NCBI GenBank assembly: GCA_051362555.1
Contig: JBPQGU010000013.1
Span: 62,001-126,000, forward strand
Source of the DNA: Lingula anatina
Lineage: Eukaryota; Animalia; Brachiopoda
Direction of reading: 5' to 3'
Length of the DNA: 64,000 nucleotides
Under the pieces are notes generated by a model. The model was not told where the DNA came from. It did no database searches and worked only from the letters and a program-made list of their open reading frames with translations. Made by a program: the position numbers and the translations under genes. This document shows positions 8,381-19,506 of the stretch, in pieces. The first letter of the stretch is position 1. Each line of letters begins with the position of its first letter.

Positions 8381-10303
8381 TTAATTACATGCTCTCTTTG
8401 AATAGCTATGATCAGGAATTACAAGTTTTGGCATAGATATGCATCTTCTGTAGTCATTATTACTTTTCAATGCTTTAGATCTGTCATATCTTCTGTAACG
8501 GCTAAGGATTCTCTGTCTAGCTCTTAACTTAAATGCAACTGTCTTTTTGTGATTTACTCTCATTTTCATCTGTTTTTCATCTTTCTCCAGATATTTAACA
8601 ACTGAAGAAGTGGGCCTAACACCAACAGAGGCCATCTTACACAAAGTGGATTGCTTAAGTCCATTATTCCTCAAGTGAACTGCACTGTGAATCCTGCCTT
8701 CGAAGTTCCGTGAAAAGGTGACAACTTTATTATTAGTTTTCTGAAATGTCCGGTTTAAAGACTCCACTTTTTGTGTGTTGGTATTAAGTTTTGTTGATTC
8801 AATTGCCCTTGGGCCCAGTCTATAATTTAGGCACTGTCTTAAGATGTGCACATCTTCAGAGTTGCTAAAGTCTAGTTTGCCTTTCTCAGGGAAAATAGTT
8901 TCCGTGCCACCTTTGCATACATAAGAATACTTTAAGCAGTTTTCACAATCACCGTTGTAACAACTAATTATAGAGTCAGTGACATAACTCAGTGCTCTTT
9001 TAATCAATTCTATGTCCCCTTTATTTGCTTTATAGCAGGCATCGAATTCAGCATAACAGCGCATTGCTATGCACTGAGCAAAGCGTTTCTGCATCTTGTC
9101 TCTGGAGTACTTTGTTTTCCCTGGGAAAACTTGACCGGAAAATGGTGCTTTTTCAATTTGCTTTTTCAGAGCTTTACTGAAGTGGCGCGTGTCCCGAAGA
9201 CTTTCGACATCATCACATGCAGAGTGGGCTCGGCTATCACCATCAGTGGTCAAGGCACCAACTGTGACCTCTCCAGAAATTTCCTCGAGGATCTGCTGCA
9301 TGGCACGTTTCTCGTCTCCAATACTGTCGTCTTCCCGTAGATTCGCCGTGCAGATACCACTGTGCTCTGGACAGGATACATCTTCCCCTCTACTTTTAAG
9401 CAGGTGAGCTGTGTGGCATAACTTGTTTCCGGTGTAAACACCAATGATGTCTTTTTTGCTGGTTACATTTTCTGCAACGGTGTATACAGTCTGAGTGGCT
9501 GGCTGGTATGGTGTTTTGTTCCCTCCACTAAACAGACTATTATTATATCTGCCATCTCCTTCCACTGCTATGGGCTGTCCTTCACACCCTCTCAGATCTT
9601 GAATGCGGCGTAGATTCTCACGGCGCTGTTGCATGTCAGCTTTGTTAAGCTTGGTTATAGCAGCACCGACTTTATTTGCTTGCTTTTGCATGGATGATGC
9701 ACTGGGCGGGGTCACATTGGTCGCCATTAGAATCTGCCTCATGGCCGTGTTGGAGATCATGTTTTGTGACAGGCCTACTTGCAAGCCTGCATTCACCGTT
9801 GCTGCTCTCCTGCCACGCTGCTTGCTCTCGACTTCATTGTACAATTTCTGTTTCCCTGTCCTGTACTGACACGTGTCACATTTTAGTCCCATTGACCAAG
9901 CCACTCCCCACTTGCTTTCTGCCTCTCTGTCCCAAACCATTGAGCCAGTGCACTCAGCTGTATGCTCTGACAAGACTTTGTTGACCAGATTGACAATTTT
10001 TTCTGGTGAAACCAACTTGTATTCATCATCTGGGGGTTGGGGCTGGCTGCTGGACAAACTCTCTGACTGGGCCCTCCTAGGTCTGAGGATGACGGGTGCA
10101 TCAGGGTTGCTGCTGAGGGTTGCTGGCGGCCCGACAGGGGGTGGAGAGGAGGCTGCCTGGTACAACTCTTGGCTGGGTCTGATGTATCTTCTCACAATAG
10201 GCTCTGGAGGCTGGTCAGACTTCTGTCTTGCATGGTATAGCTTGTGTCCCTTCACAAATACACTTTTTCTTCGTTTTTTCCAGCTACCTTTACCGTACGG
10301 CAT
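8381..10303 (-). CDS. DDE transposase, intact copy
   Basis: Identical translation. Confidence 0.9.
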   Translation of the reverse strand: MPYGKGSWKKRRKSVFVKGHKLYHARQKSDQPPEPIVRRYIRPSQELYQAASSPPPVGPPATLSSNPDAPVILRPRRAQSESLSSSQPQPPDDEYKLVSPEKIVNLVNKVLSEHTAECTGSMVWDREAESKWGVAWSMGLKCDTCQYRTGKQKLYNEVESKQRGRRAATVNAGLQVGLSQNMISNTAMRQILMATNVTPPSASSMQKQANKVGAAITKLNKADMQQRRENLRRIQDLRGCEGQPIAVEGDGRYNNSLFSGGNKTPYQPATQTVYTVAENVTSKKDIIGVYTGNKLCHTAHLLKSRGEDVSCPEHSGICTANLREDDSIGDEKRAMQQILEEISGEVTVGALTTDGDSRAHSACDDVESLRDTRHFSKALKKQIEKAPFSGQVFPGKTKYSRDKMQKRFAQCIAMRCYAEFDACYKANKGDIELIKRALSYVTDSIISCYNGDCENCLKYSYVCKGGTETIFPEKGKLDFSNSEDVHILRQCLNYRLGPRAIESTKLNTNTQKVESLNRTFQKTNNKVVTFSRNFEGRIHSAVHLRNNGLKQSTLCKMASVGVRPTSSVVKYLEKDEKQMKMRVNHKKTVAFKLRARQRILSRYRRYDRSKALKSNNDYRRCISMPKLVIPDHSYSKRACN

Positions 10304-11011
10304 GGTGGATAGAAAGTGACTTCTGAGTCCAGAGGCAGAGACAGGGCATTTTATAGCATCAGCTGCCCATTGTCTCTCCCAGGTGTGCAGGAAAGCAGGA
10401 TACATTACAACAAAAGGTATGAACAGTGATTGGTAGTGGGGTTTCCTGTAAACAGCAAACTGCATGGCCCCAGTGCAGGAGGGGGGTATACAGCTTAGCA
10501 GTGAGTATTGTTCTGCAGGGAGGGACAAGAAGCTCATTTCCTGTATCCTCACAACAAACACAAACAAACATAAACAACAGTTGTGACAATTAACCTTGCA
10601 CTTGAGTTTAAGTAATTTTTAGATATTTTAAAATATTTTTATTAGTAATTTTCCACTTTTCACATTTTATTTCTCAACAAAGTGCACTTAAACTAGGCCC
10701 AACCAGTTAAGATGCTTATCTCAGATTTTCACACCTGTCCAGCATAAGGTGTCCAAATTTCAAAACAATTGAAACAAATTCAGGCACAGAAATGTACATT
10801 TAACTTTTTATCACTCATGAAATTATGCTTTCTCACCAGGTGCAATGTTGGCTAGAGTGGCCGATACAGCAACCACATTTTCAACTTGACAGGGCTCAGT
10901 CATCAAGAGACCGTTCTCAGTCATATTGGGCGGAGCAGTTGGCAGTGTATTAAGGTTTTAATTTTTGGTGTCAGAAGGTAAGAACAGGGGGGGTGGTTTG
11001 TGTGAATCTCA

Positions 11012-11469
11012 GGGCAGAAACCTCCAAATCAACCAATCAGCACCTGTTATAGACGAATATAGTTCAGTGAGAAAAAATGAGTGCTTTTTTCCATTTTTTT
11101 CCTGGCATTTCTTGTGTGTTGCTAGGGTTAATTTTGGTATCAACTAGCAGAGTAGGGTGTTAACTACTGCCAGTTTTTTTTTCAGGACCAGGCACAGGTG
11201 CAGTGCAGTCGTGAGACCTCTGGCGGAAGGGTCTACTGACTGTGAGTGGTGCAGTGGTTTGTTTACAAACAGAGGGGTGCACATGTTCAAGTGATGCCGG
11301 TAAGACAGCGGAGTTGATGACAGTATATTTTTTTGCCATTTGGAGTTATGTCAGTGTGTCTGCTGTCCATGGAGATGGGAAATGTTTCCCAGAGTTATTT
11401 TCTTTATGCAGTTTTGCAGGCATTTCTTAGTATGGTCGTCAATGGGAAATATTTTGGTGGTTTCTCCCC
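11012..11469 (+). repeat. LTDR copy (long left-junction allele, +tctca)
   Basis: Same TIRs, 458 bp. Confidence 0.88.
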
Positions 11470-11568
11470 TGAACAGGAAAAGTGACAACTGTTCACTTTT
11501 GGCTTAGTTTCTAAATTTAGAGCAGCACAGGCCATAAAAGGGTGCTCTTGCATCATTTCACACAAAAA

Positions 11569-11934
11569 ATGGCTAATGACCAGTTCTAGGATGTATATCT
11601 TGCGAAATTACATGCAAAATTGCATAACACACAGGAGGGATACTGTTGGCTGTGGACTGGGGGCACCAGTTGTTCCAGTGGGGCCCGTTATGGGTTATGG
11701 AGGGTTACATTTCCTGGGGCTAGACACTCTGTTACTGTTGGAGTGCACAGGGTGGCATTTATGCTTAGGAGAGGGTTTTACACATTCCACCCGTGTGGAG
11801 TCGGTCTGTGCTGTAACCCCGATCATCTCACAGCAGAGCCTCAATGAATCAACAATAACAGATTACATTGTCGTAATGTGGGCAGGTGCCTCAGACACAG
11901 ACGGGGGCCAAATTGTGTACATGATAATTATTAA
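11569..11934 (+). pseudogene. His-Me finger nuclease copy (same two stops)
   Basis: Identical. Confidence 0.85.
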
Positions 11935-12092
11935 TATTATTGTTATTATTATTAAATTTACATTTACTTAATTTATAGATTTCTCAATTATATTTATAAG
12001 TTTTAAGACTAGAAGAAAGACCAACAAACTTTTTTTCATATTTCACAACCAGTTTATTACAGAGTAGTATCTTAAAATCATACATTTTTATT

Positions 12093-14015
12093 TTAATTAC
12101 ATGCTCTCTTTGAATAGCTATGATCAGGAATTACAAGTTTTGGCATAGATATGCATCTTCTGTAGTCATTATTACTTTTCAATGCTTTAGATCTGTCATA
12201 TCTTCTGTAACGGCTAAGGATTCTCTGTCTAGCTCTTAACTTAAATGCAACTGTCTTTTTGTGATTTACTCTCATTTTCATCTGTTTTTCATCTTTCTCC
12301 AGATATTTAACAACTGAAGAAGTGGGCCTAACACCAACAGAGGCCATCTTACACAAAGTGGATTGCTTAAGTCCATTATTCCTCAAGTGAACTGCACTGT
12401 GAATCCTGCCTTCGAAGTTCCGTGAAAAGGTGACAACTTTATTATTAGTTTTCTGAAATGTCCGGTTTAAAGACTCCACTTTTTGTGTGTTGGTATTAAG
12501 TTTTGTTGATTCAATTGCCCTTGGGCCCAGTCTATAATTTAGGCACTGTCTTAAGATGTGCACATCTTCAGAGTTGCTAAAGTCTAGTTTGCCTTTCTCA
12601 GGGAAAATAGTTTCCGTGCCACCTTTGCATACATAAGAATACTTTAAGCAGTTTTCACAATCACCGTTGTAACAACTAATTATAGAGTCAGTGACATAAC
12701 TCAGTGCTCTTTTAATCAATTCTATGTCCCCTTTATTTGCTTTATAGCAGGCATCGAATTCAGCATAACAGCGCATTGCTATGCACTGAGCAAAGCGTTT
12801 CTGCATCTTGTCTCTGGAGTACTTTGTTTTCCCTGGGAAAACTTGACCGGAAAATGGTGCTTTTTCAATTTGCTTTTTCAGAGCTTTACTGAAGTGGCGC
12901 GTGTCCCGAAGACTTTCGACATCATCACATGCAGAGTGGGCTCGGCTATCACCATCAGTGGTCAAGGCACCAACTGTGACCTCTCCAGAAATTTCCTCGA
13001 GGATCTGCTGCATGGCACGTTTCTCGTCTCCAATACTGTCGTCTTCCCGTAGATTCGCCGTGCAGATACCACTGTGCTCTGGACAGGATACATCTTCCCC
13101 TCTACTTTTAAGCAGGTGAGCTGTGTGGCATAACTTGTTTCCGGTGTAAACACCAATGATGTCTTTTTTGCTGGTTACATTTTCTGCAACGGTGTATACA
13201 GTCTGAGTGGCTGGCTGGTATGGTGTTTTGTTCCCTCCACTAAACAGACTATTATTATATCTGCCATCTCCTTCCACTGCTATGGGCTGTCCTTCACACC
13301 CTCTCAGATCTTGAATGCGGCGTAGATTCTCACGGCGCTGTTGCATGTCAGCTTTGTTAAGCTTGGTTATAGCAGCACCGACTTTATTTGCTTGCTTTTG
13401 CATGGATGATGCACTGGGCGGGGTCACATTGGTCGCCATTAGAATCTGCCTCATGGCCGTGTTGGAGATCATGTTTTGTGACAGGCCTACTTGCAAGCCT
13501 GCATTCACCGTTGCTGCTCTCCTGCCACGCTGCTTGCTCTCGACTTCATTGTACAATTTCTGTTTCCCTGTCCTGTACTGACACGTGTCACATTTTAGTC
13601 CCATTGACCAAGCCACTCCCCACTTGCTTTCTGCCTCTCTGTCCCAAACCATTGAGCCAGTGCACTCAGCTGTATGCTCTGACAAGACTTTGTTGACCAG
13701 ATTGACAATTTTTTCTGGTGAAACCAACTTGTATTCATCATCTGGGGGTTGGGGCTGGCTGCTGGACAAACTCTCTGACTGGGCCCTCCTAGGTCTGAGG
13801 ATGACGGGTGCATCAGGGTTGCTGCTGAGGGTTGCTGGCGGCCCGACAGGGGGTGGAGAGGAGGCTGCCTGGTACAACTCTTGGCTGGGTCTGATGTATC
13901 TTCTCACAATAGGCTCTGGAGGCTGGTCAGACTTCTGTCTTGCATGGTATAGCTTGTGTCCCTTCACAAATACACTTTTTCTTCGTTTTTTCCAGCTACC
14001 TTTACCGTACGGCAT
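12093..14015 (-). CDS. DDE transposase, intact copy
   Basis: Identical translation. Confidence 0.9.
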   Translation of the reverse strand: MPYGKGSWKKRRKSVFVKGHKLYHARQKSDQPPEPIVRRYIRPSQELYQAASSPPPVGPPATLSSNPDAPVILRPRRAQSESLSSSQPQPPDDEYKLVSPEKIVNLVNKVLSEHTAECTGSMVWDREAESKWGVAWSMGLKCDTCQYRTGKQKLYNEVESKQRGRRAATVNAGLQVGLSQNMISNTAMRQILMATNVTPPSASSMQKQANKVGAAITKLNKADMQQRRENLRRIQDLRGCEGQPIAVEGDGRYNNSLFSGGNKTPYQPATQTVYTVAENVTSKKDIIGVYTGNKLCHTAHLLKSRGEDVSCPEHSGICTANLREDDSIGDEKRAMQQILEEISGEVTVGALTTDGDSRAHSACDDVESLRDTRHFSKALKKQIEKAPFSGQVFPGKTKYSRDKMQKRFAQCIAMRCYAEFDACYKANKGDIELIKRALSYVTDSIISCYNGDCENCLKYSYVCKGGTETIFPEKGKLDFSNSEDVHILRQCLNYRLGPRAIESTKLNTNTQKVESLNRTFQKTNNKVVTFSRNFEGRIHSAVHLRNNGLKQSTLCKMASVGVRPTSSVVKYLEKDEKQMKMRVNHKKTVAFKLRARQRILSRYRRYDRSKALKSNNDYRRCISMPKLVIPDHSYSKRACN

Positions 14016-14718
14016 GGTGGATAGAAAGTGACTTCTGAGTCCAGAGGCAGAGACAGGGCATTTTATAGCATCAGCTGCCCATTGTCTCTCCCAGGTGTGC
14101 AGGAAAGCAGGATACATTACAACAAAAGGTATGAACAGTGATTGGTAGTGGGGTTTCCTGTAAACAGCAAACTGCATGGCCCCAGTGCAGGAGGGGGGTA
14201 TACAGCTTAGCAGTGAGTATTGTTCTGCAGGGAGGGACAAGAAGCTCATTTCCTGTATCCTCACAACAAACACAAACAAACATAAACAACAGTTGTGACA
14301 ATTAACCTTGCACTTGAGTTTAAGTAATTTTTAGATATTTTAAAATATTTTTATTAGTAATTTTCCACTTTTCACATTTTATTTCTCAACAAAGTGCACT
14401 TAAACTAGGCCCAACCAGTTAAGATGCTTATCTCAGATTTTCACACCTGTCCAGCATAAGGTGTCCAAATTTCAAAACAATTGAAACAAATTCAGGCACA
14501 GAAATGTACATTTAACTTTTTATCACTCATGAAATTATGCTTTCTCACCAGGTGCAATGTTGGCTAGAGTGGCCGATACAGCAACCACATTTTCAACTTG
14601 ACAGGGCTCAGTCATCAAGAGACCGTTCTCAGTCATATTGGGCGGAGCAGTTGGCAGTGTATTAAGGTTTTAATTTTTGGTGTCAGAAGGTAAGAACAGG
14701 GGGGGTGGTTTGTGTGAA

Positions 14719-15176
14719 GGGCAGAAACCTCCAAATCAACCAATCAGCACCTGTTATAGACGAATATAGTTCAGTGAGAAAAAATGAGTGCTTTTTTCCA
14801 TTTTTTTCCTGGCATTTCTTGTGTGTTGCTAGGGTTAATTTTGGTATCAACTAGCAGAGTAGGGTGTTAACTACTGCCAGTTTTTTTTTCAGGACCAGGC
14901 ACAGGTGCAGTGCAGTCGTGAGACCTCTGGCGGAAGGGTCTACTGACTGTGAGTGGTGCAGTGGTTTGTTTACAAACAGAGGGGTGCACATGTTCAAGTG
15001 ATGCCGGTAAGACAGCGGAGTTGATGACAGTATATTTTTTTGCCATTTGGAGTTATGTCAGTGTGTCTGCTGTCCATGGAGATGGGAAATGTTTCCCAGA
15101 GTTATTTTCTTTATGCAGTTTTGCAGGCATTTCTTAGTATGGTCGTCAATGGGAAATATTTTGGTGGTTTCTCCCC
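14719..15176 (+). repeat. LTDR copy (short allele)
   Basis: Same TIRs, 458 bp. Confidence 0.88.
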
Positions 15177-15275
15177 TGAACAGGAAAAGTGACAACTGTT
15201 CACTTTTGGCTTAGTTTCTAAATTTAGAGCAGCACAGGCCATAAAAGGGTGCTCTTGCATCATTTCACACAAAAA

Positions 15276-15641
15276 ATGGCTAATGACCAGTTCTAGGATG
15301 TATATCTTGCGAAATTACATGCAAAATTGCATAACACACAGGAGGGATACTGTTGGCTGTGGACTGGGGGCACCAGTTGTTCCAGTGGGGCCCGTTATGG
15401 GTTATGGAGGGTTACATTTCCTGGGGCTAGACACTCTGTTACTGTTGGAGTGCACAGGGTGGCATTTATGCTTAGGAGAGGGTTTTACACATTCCACCCG
15501 TGTGGAGTCGGTCTGTGCTGTAACCCCGATCATCTCACAGCAGAGCCTCAATGAATCAACAATAACAGATTACATTGTCGTAATGTGGGCAGGTGCCTCA
15601 GACACAGACGGGGGCCAAATTGTGTACATGATAATTATTAA
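15276..15641 (+). pseudogene. His-Me finger nuclease copy (same two stops)
   Basis: Identical. Confidence 0.85.
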
Positions 15642-15799
15642 TATTATTGTTATTATTATTAAATTTACATTTACTTAATTTATAGATTTCTCAATTATAT
15701 TTATAAGTTTTAAGACTAGAAGAAAGACCAACAAACTTTTTTTCATATTTCACAACCAGTTTATTACAGAGTAGTATCTTAAAATCATACATTTTTATT

Positions 15800-17722
15800 T
15801 TAATTACATGCTCTCTTTGAATAGCTATGATCAGGAATTACAAGTTTTGGCATAGATATGCATCTTCTGTAGTCATTATTACTTTTCAATGCTTTAGATC
15901 TGTCATATCTTCTGTAACGGCTAAGGATTCTCTGTCTAGCTCTTAACTTAAATGCAACTGTCTTTTTGTGATTTACTCTCATTTTCATCTGTTTTTCATC
16001 TTTCTCCAGATATTTAACAACTGAAGAAGTGGGCCTAACACCAACAGAGGCCATCTTACACAAAGTGGATTGCTTAAGTCCATTATTCCTCAAGTGAACT
16101 GCACTGTGAATCCTGCCTTCGAAGTTCCGTGAAAAGGTGACAACTTTATTATTAGTTTTCTGAAATGTCCGGTTTAAAGACTCCACTTTTTGTGTGTTGG
16201 TATTAAGTTTTGTTGATTCAATTGCCCTTGGGCCCAGTCTATAATTTAGGCACTGTCTTAAGATGTGCACATCTTCAGAGTTGCTAAAGTCTAGTTTGCC
16301 TTTCTCAGGGAAAATAGTTTCCGTGCCACCTTTGCATACATAAGAATACTTTAAGCAGTTTTCACAATCACCGTTGTAACAACTAATTATAGAGTCAGTG
16401 ACATAACTCAGTGCTCTTTTAATCAATTCTATGTCCCCTTTATTTGCTTTATAGCAGGCATCGAATTCAGCATAACAGCGCATTGCTATGCACTGAGCAA
16501 AGCGTTTCTGCATCTTGTCTCTGGAGTACTTTGTTTTCCCTGGGAAAACTTGACCGGAAAATGGTGCTTTTTCAATTTGCTTTTTCAGAGCTTTACTGAA
16601 GTGGCGCGTGTCCCGAAGACTTTCGACATCATCACATGCAGAGTGGGCTCGGCTATCACCATCAGTGGTCAAGGCACCAACTGTGACCTCTCCAGAAATT
16701 TCCTCGAGGATCTGCTGCATGGCACGTTTCTCGTCTCCAATACTGTCGTCTTCCCGTAGATTCGCCGTGCAGATACCACTGTGCTCTGGACAGGATACAT
16801 CTTCCCCTCTACTTTTAAGCAGGTGAGCTGTGTGGCATAACTTGTTTCCGGTGTAAACACCAATGATGTCTTTTTTGCTGGTTACATTTTCTGCAACGGT
16901 GTATACAGTCTGAGTGGCTGGCTGGTATGGTGTTTTGTTCCCTCCACTAAACAGACTATTATTATATCTGCCATCTCCTTCCACTGCTATGGGCTGTCCT
17001 TCACACCCTCTCAGATCTTGAATGCGGCGTAGATTCTCACGGCGCTGTTGCATGTCAGCTTTGTTAAGCTTGGTTATAGCAGCACCGACTTTATTTGCTT
17101 GCTTTTGCATGGATGATGCACTGGGCGGGGTCACATTGGTCGCCATTAGAATCTGCCTCATGGCCGTGTTGGAGATCATGTTTTGTGACAGGCCTACTTG
17201 CAAGCCTGCATTCACCGTTGCTGCTCTCCTGCCACGCTGCTTGCTCTCGACTTCATTGTACAATTTCTGTTTCCCTGTCCTGTACTGACACGTGTCACAT
17301 TTTAGTCCCATTGACCAAGCCACTCCCCACTTGCTTTCTGCCTCTCTGTCCCAAACCATTGAGCCAGTGCACTCAGCTGTATGCTCTGACAAGACTTTGT
17401 TGACCAGATTGACAATTTTTTCTGGTGAAACCAACTTGTATTCATCATCTGGGGGTTGGGGCTGGCTGCTGGACAAACTCTCTGACTGGGCCCTCCTAGG
17501 TCTGAGGATGACGGGTGCATCAGGGTTGCTGCTGAGGGTTGCTGGCGGCCCGACAGGGGGTGGAGAGGAGGCTGCCTGGTACAACTCTTGGCTGGGTCTG
17601 ATGTATCTTCTCACAATAGGCTCTGGAGGCTGGTCAGACTTCTGTCTTGCATGGTATAGCTTGTGTCCCTTCACAAATACACTTTTTCTTCGTTTTTTCC
17701 AGCTACCTTTACCGTACGGCAT
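15800..17722 (-). CDS. DDE transposase, intact copy
   Basis: Identical translation. Confidence 0.9.
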   Translation of the reverse strand: MPYGKGSWKKRRKSVFVKGHKLYHARQKSDQPPEPIVRRYIRPSQELYQAASSPPPVGPPATLSSNPDAPVILRPRRAQSESLSSSQPQPPDDEYKLVSPEKIVNLVNKVLSEHTAECTGSMVWDREAESKWGVAWSMGLKCDTCQYRTGKQKLYNEVESKQRGRRAATVNAGLQVGLSQNMISNTAMRQILMATNVTPPSASSMQKQANKVGAAITKLNKADMQQRRENLRRIQDLRGCEGQPIAVEGDGRYNNSLFSGGNKTPYQPATQTVYTVAENVTSKKDIIGVYTGNKLCHTAHLLKSRGEDVSCPEHSGICTANLREDDSIGDEKRAMQQILEEISGEVTVGALTTDGDSRAHSACDDVESLRDTRHFSKALKKQIEKAPFSGQVFPGKTKYSRDKMQKRFAQCIAMRCYAEFDACYKANKGDIELIKRALSYVTDSIISCYNGDCENCLKYSYVCKGGTETIFPEKGKLDFSNSEDVHILRQCLNYRLGPRAIESTKLNTNTQKVESLNRTFQKTNNKVVTFSRNFEGRIHSAVHLRNNGLKQSTLCKMASVGVRPTSSVVKYLEKDEKQMKMRVNHKKTVAFKLRARQRILSRYRRYDRSKALKSNNDYRRCISMPKLVIPDHSYSKRACN

Positions 17723-18425
17723 GGTGGATAGAAAGTGACTTCTGAGTCCAGAGGCAGAGACAGGGCATTTTATAGCATCAGCTGCCCATTGTCTCTCCCA
17801 GGTGTGCAGGAAAGCAGGATACATTACAACAAAAGGTATGAACAGTGATTGGTAGTGGGGTTTCCTGTAAACAGCAAACTGCATGGCCCCAGTGCAGGAG
17901 GGGGGTATACAGCTTAGCAGTGAGTATTGTTCTGCAGGGAGGGACAAGAAGCTCATTTCCTGTATCCTCACAACAAACACAAACAAACATAAACAACAGT
18001 TGTGACAATTAACCTTGCACTTGAGTTTAAGTAATTTTTAGATATTTTAAAATATTTTTATTAGTAATTTTCCACTTTTCACATTTTATTTCTCAACAAA
18101 GTGCACTTAAACTAGGCCCAACCAGTTAAGATGCTTATCTCAGATTTTCACACCTGTCCAGCATAAGGTGTCCAAATTTCAAAACAATTGAAACAAATTC
18201 AGGCACAGAAATGTACATTTAACTTTTTATCACTCATGAAATTATGCTTTCTCACCAGGTGCAATGTTGGCTAGAGTGGCCGATACAGCAACCACATTTT
18301 CAACTTGACAGGGCTCAGTCATCAAGAGACCGTTCTCAGTCATATTGGGCGGAGCAGTTGGCAGTGTATTAAGGTTTTAATTTTTGGTGTCAGAAGGTAA
18401 GAACAGGGGGGGTGGTTTGTGTGAA

Positions 18426-18883
18426 GGGCAGAAACCTCCAAATCAACCAATCAGCACCTGTTATAGACGAATATAGTTCAGTGAGAAAAAATGAGTGCTT
18501 TTTTCCATTTTTTTCCTGGCATTTCTTGTGTGTTGCTAGGGTTAATTTTGGTATCAACTAGCAGAGTAGGGTGTTAACTACTGCCAGTTTTTTTTTCAGG
18601 ACCAGGCACAGGTGCAGTGCAGTCGTGAGACCTCTGGCGGAAGGGTCTACTGACTGTGAGTGGTGCAGTGGTTTGTTTACAAACAGAGGGGTGCACATGT
18701 TCAAGTGATGCCGGTAAGACAGCGGAGTTGATGACAGTATATTTTTTTGCCATTTGGAGTTATGTCAGTGTGTCTGCTGTCCATGGAGATGGGAAATGTT
18801 TCCCAGAGTTATTTTCTTTATGCAGTTTTGCAGGCATTTCTTAGTATGGTCGTCAATGGGAAATATTTTGGTGGTTTCTCCCC
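18426..18883 (+). repeat. LTDR copy (short allele)
   Basis: Same TIRs, 458 bp. Confidence 0.88.
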
Positions 18884-18982
18884 TGAACAGGAAAAGTGAC
18901 AACTGTTCACTTTTGGCTTAGTTTCTAAATTTAGAGCAGCACAGGCCATAAAAGGGTGCTCTTGCATCATTTCACACAAAAA

Positions 18983-19348
18983 ATGGCTAATGACCAGTTC
19001 TAGGATGTATATCTTGCGAAATTACATGCAAAATTGCATAACACACAGGAGGGATACTGTTGGCTGTGGACTGGGGGCACCAGTTGTTCCAGTGGGGCCC
19101 GTTATGGGTTATGGAGGGTTACATTTCCTGGGGCTAGACACTCTGTTACTGTTGGAGTGCACAGGGTGGCATTTATGCTTAGGAGAGGGTTTTACACATT
19201 CCACCCGTGTGGAGTCGGTCTGTGCTGTAACCCCGATCATCTCACAGCAGAGCCTCAATGAATCAACAATAACAGATTACATTGTCGTAATGTGGGCAGG
19301 TGCCTCAGACACAGACGGGGGCCAAATTGTGTACATGATAATTATTAA
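18983..19348 (+). pseudogene. His-Me finger nuclease copy (same two stops)
   Basis: Identical. Confidence 0.85.
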
Positions 19349-19506
19349 TATTATTGTTATTATTATTAAATTTACATTTACTTAATTTATAGATTTCTCA
19401 ATTATATTTATAAGTTTTAAGACTAGAAGAAAGACCAACAAACTTTTTTTCATATTTCACAACCAGTTTATTACAGAGTAGTATCTTAAAATCATACATT
19501 TTTATT

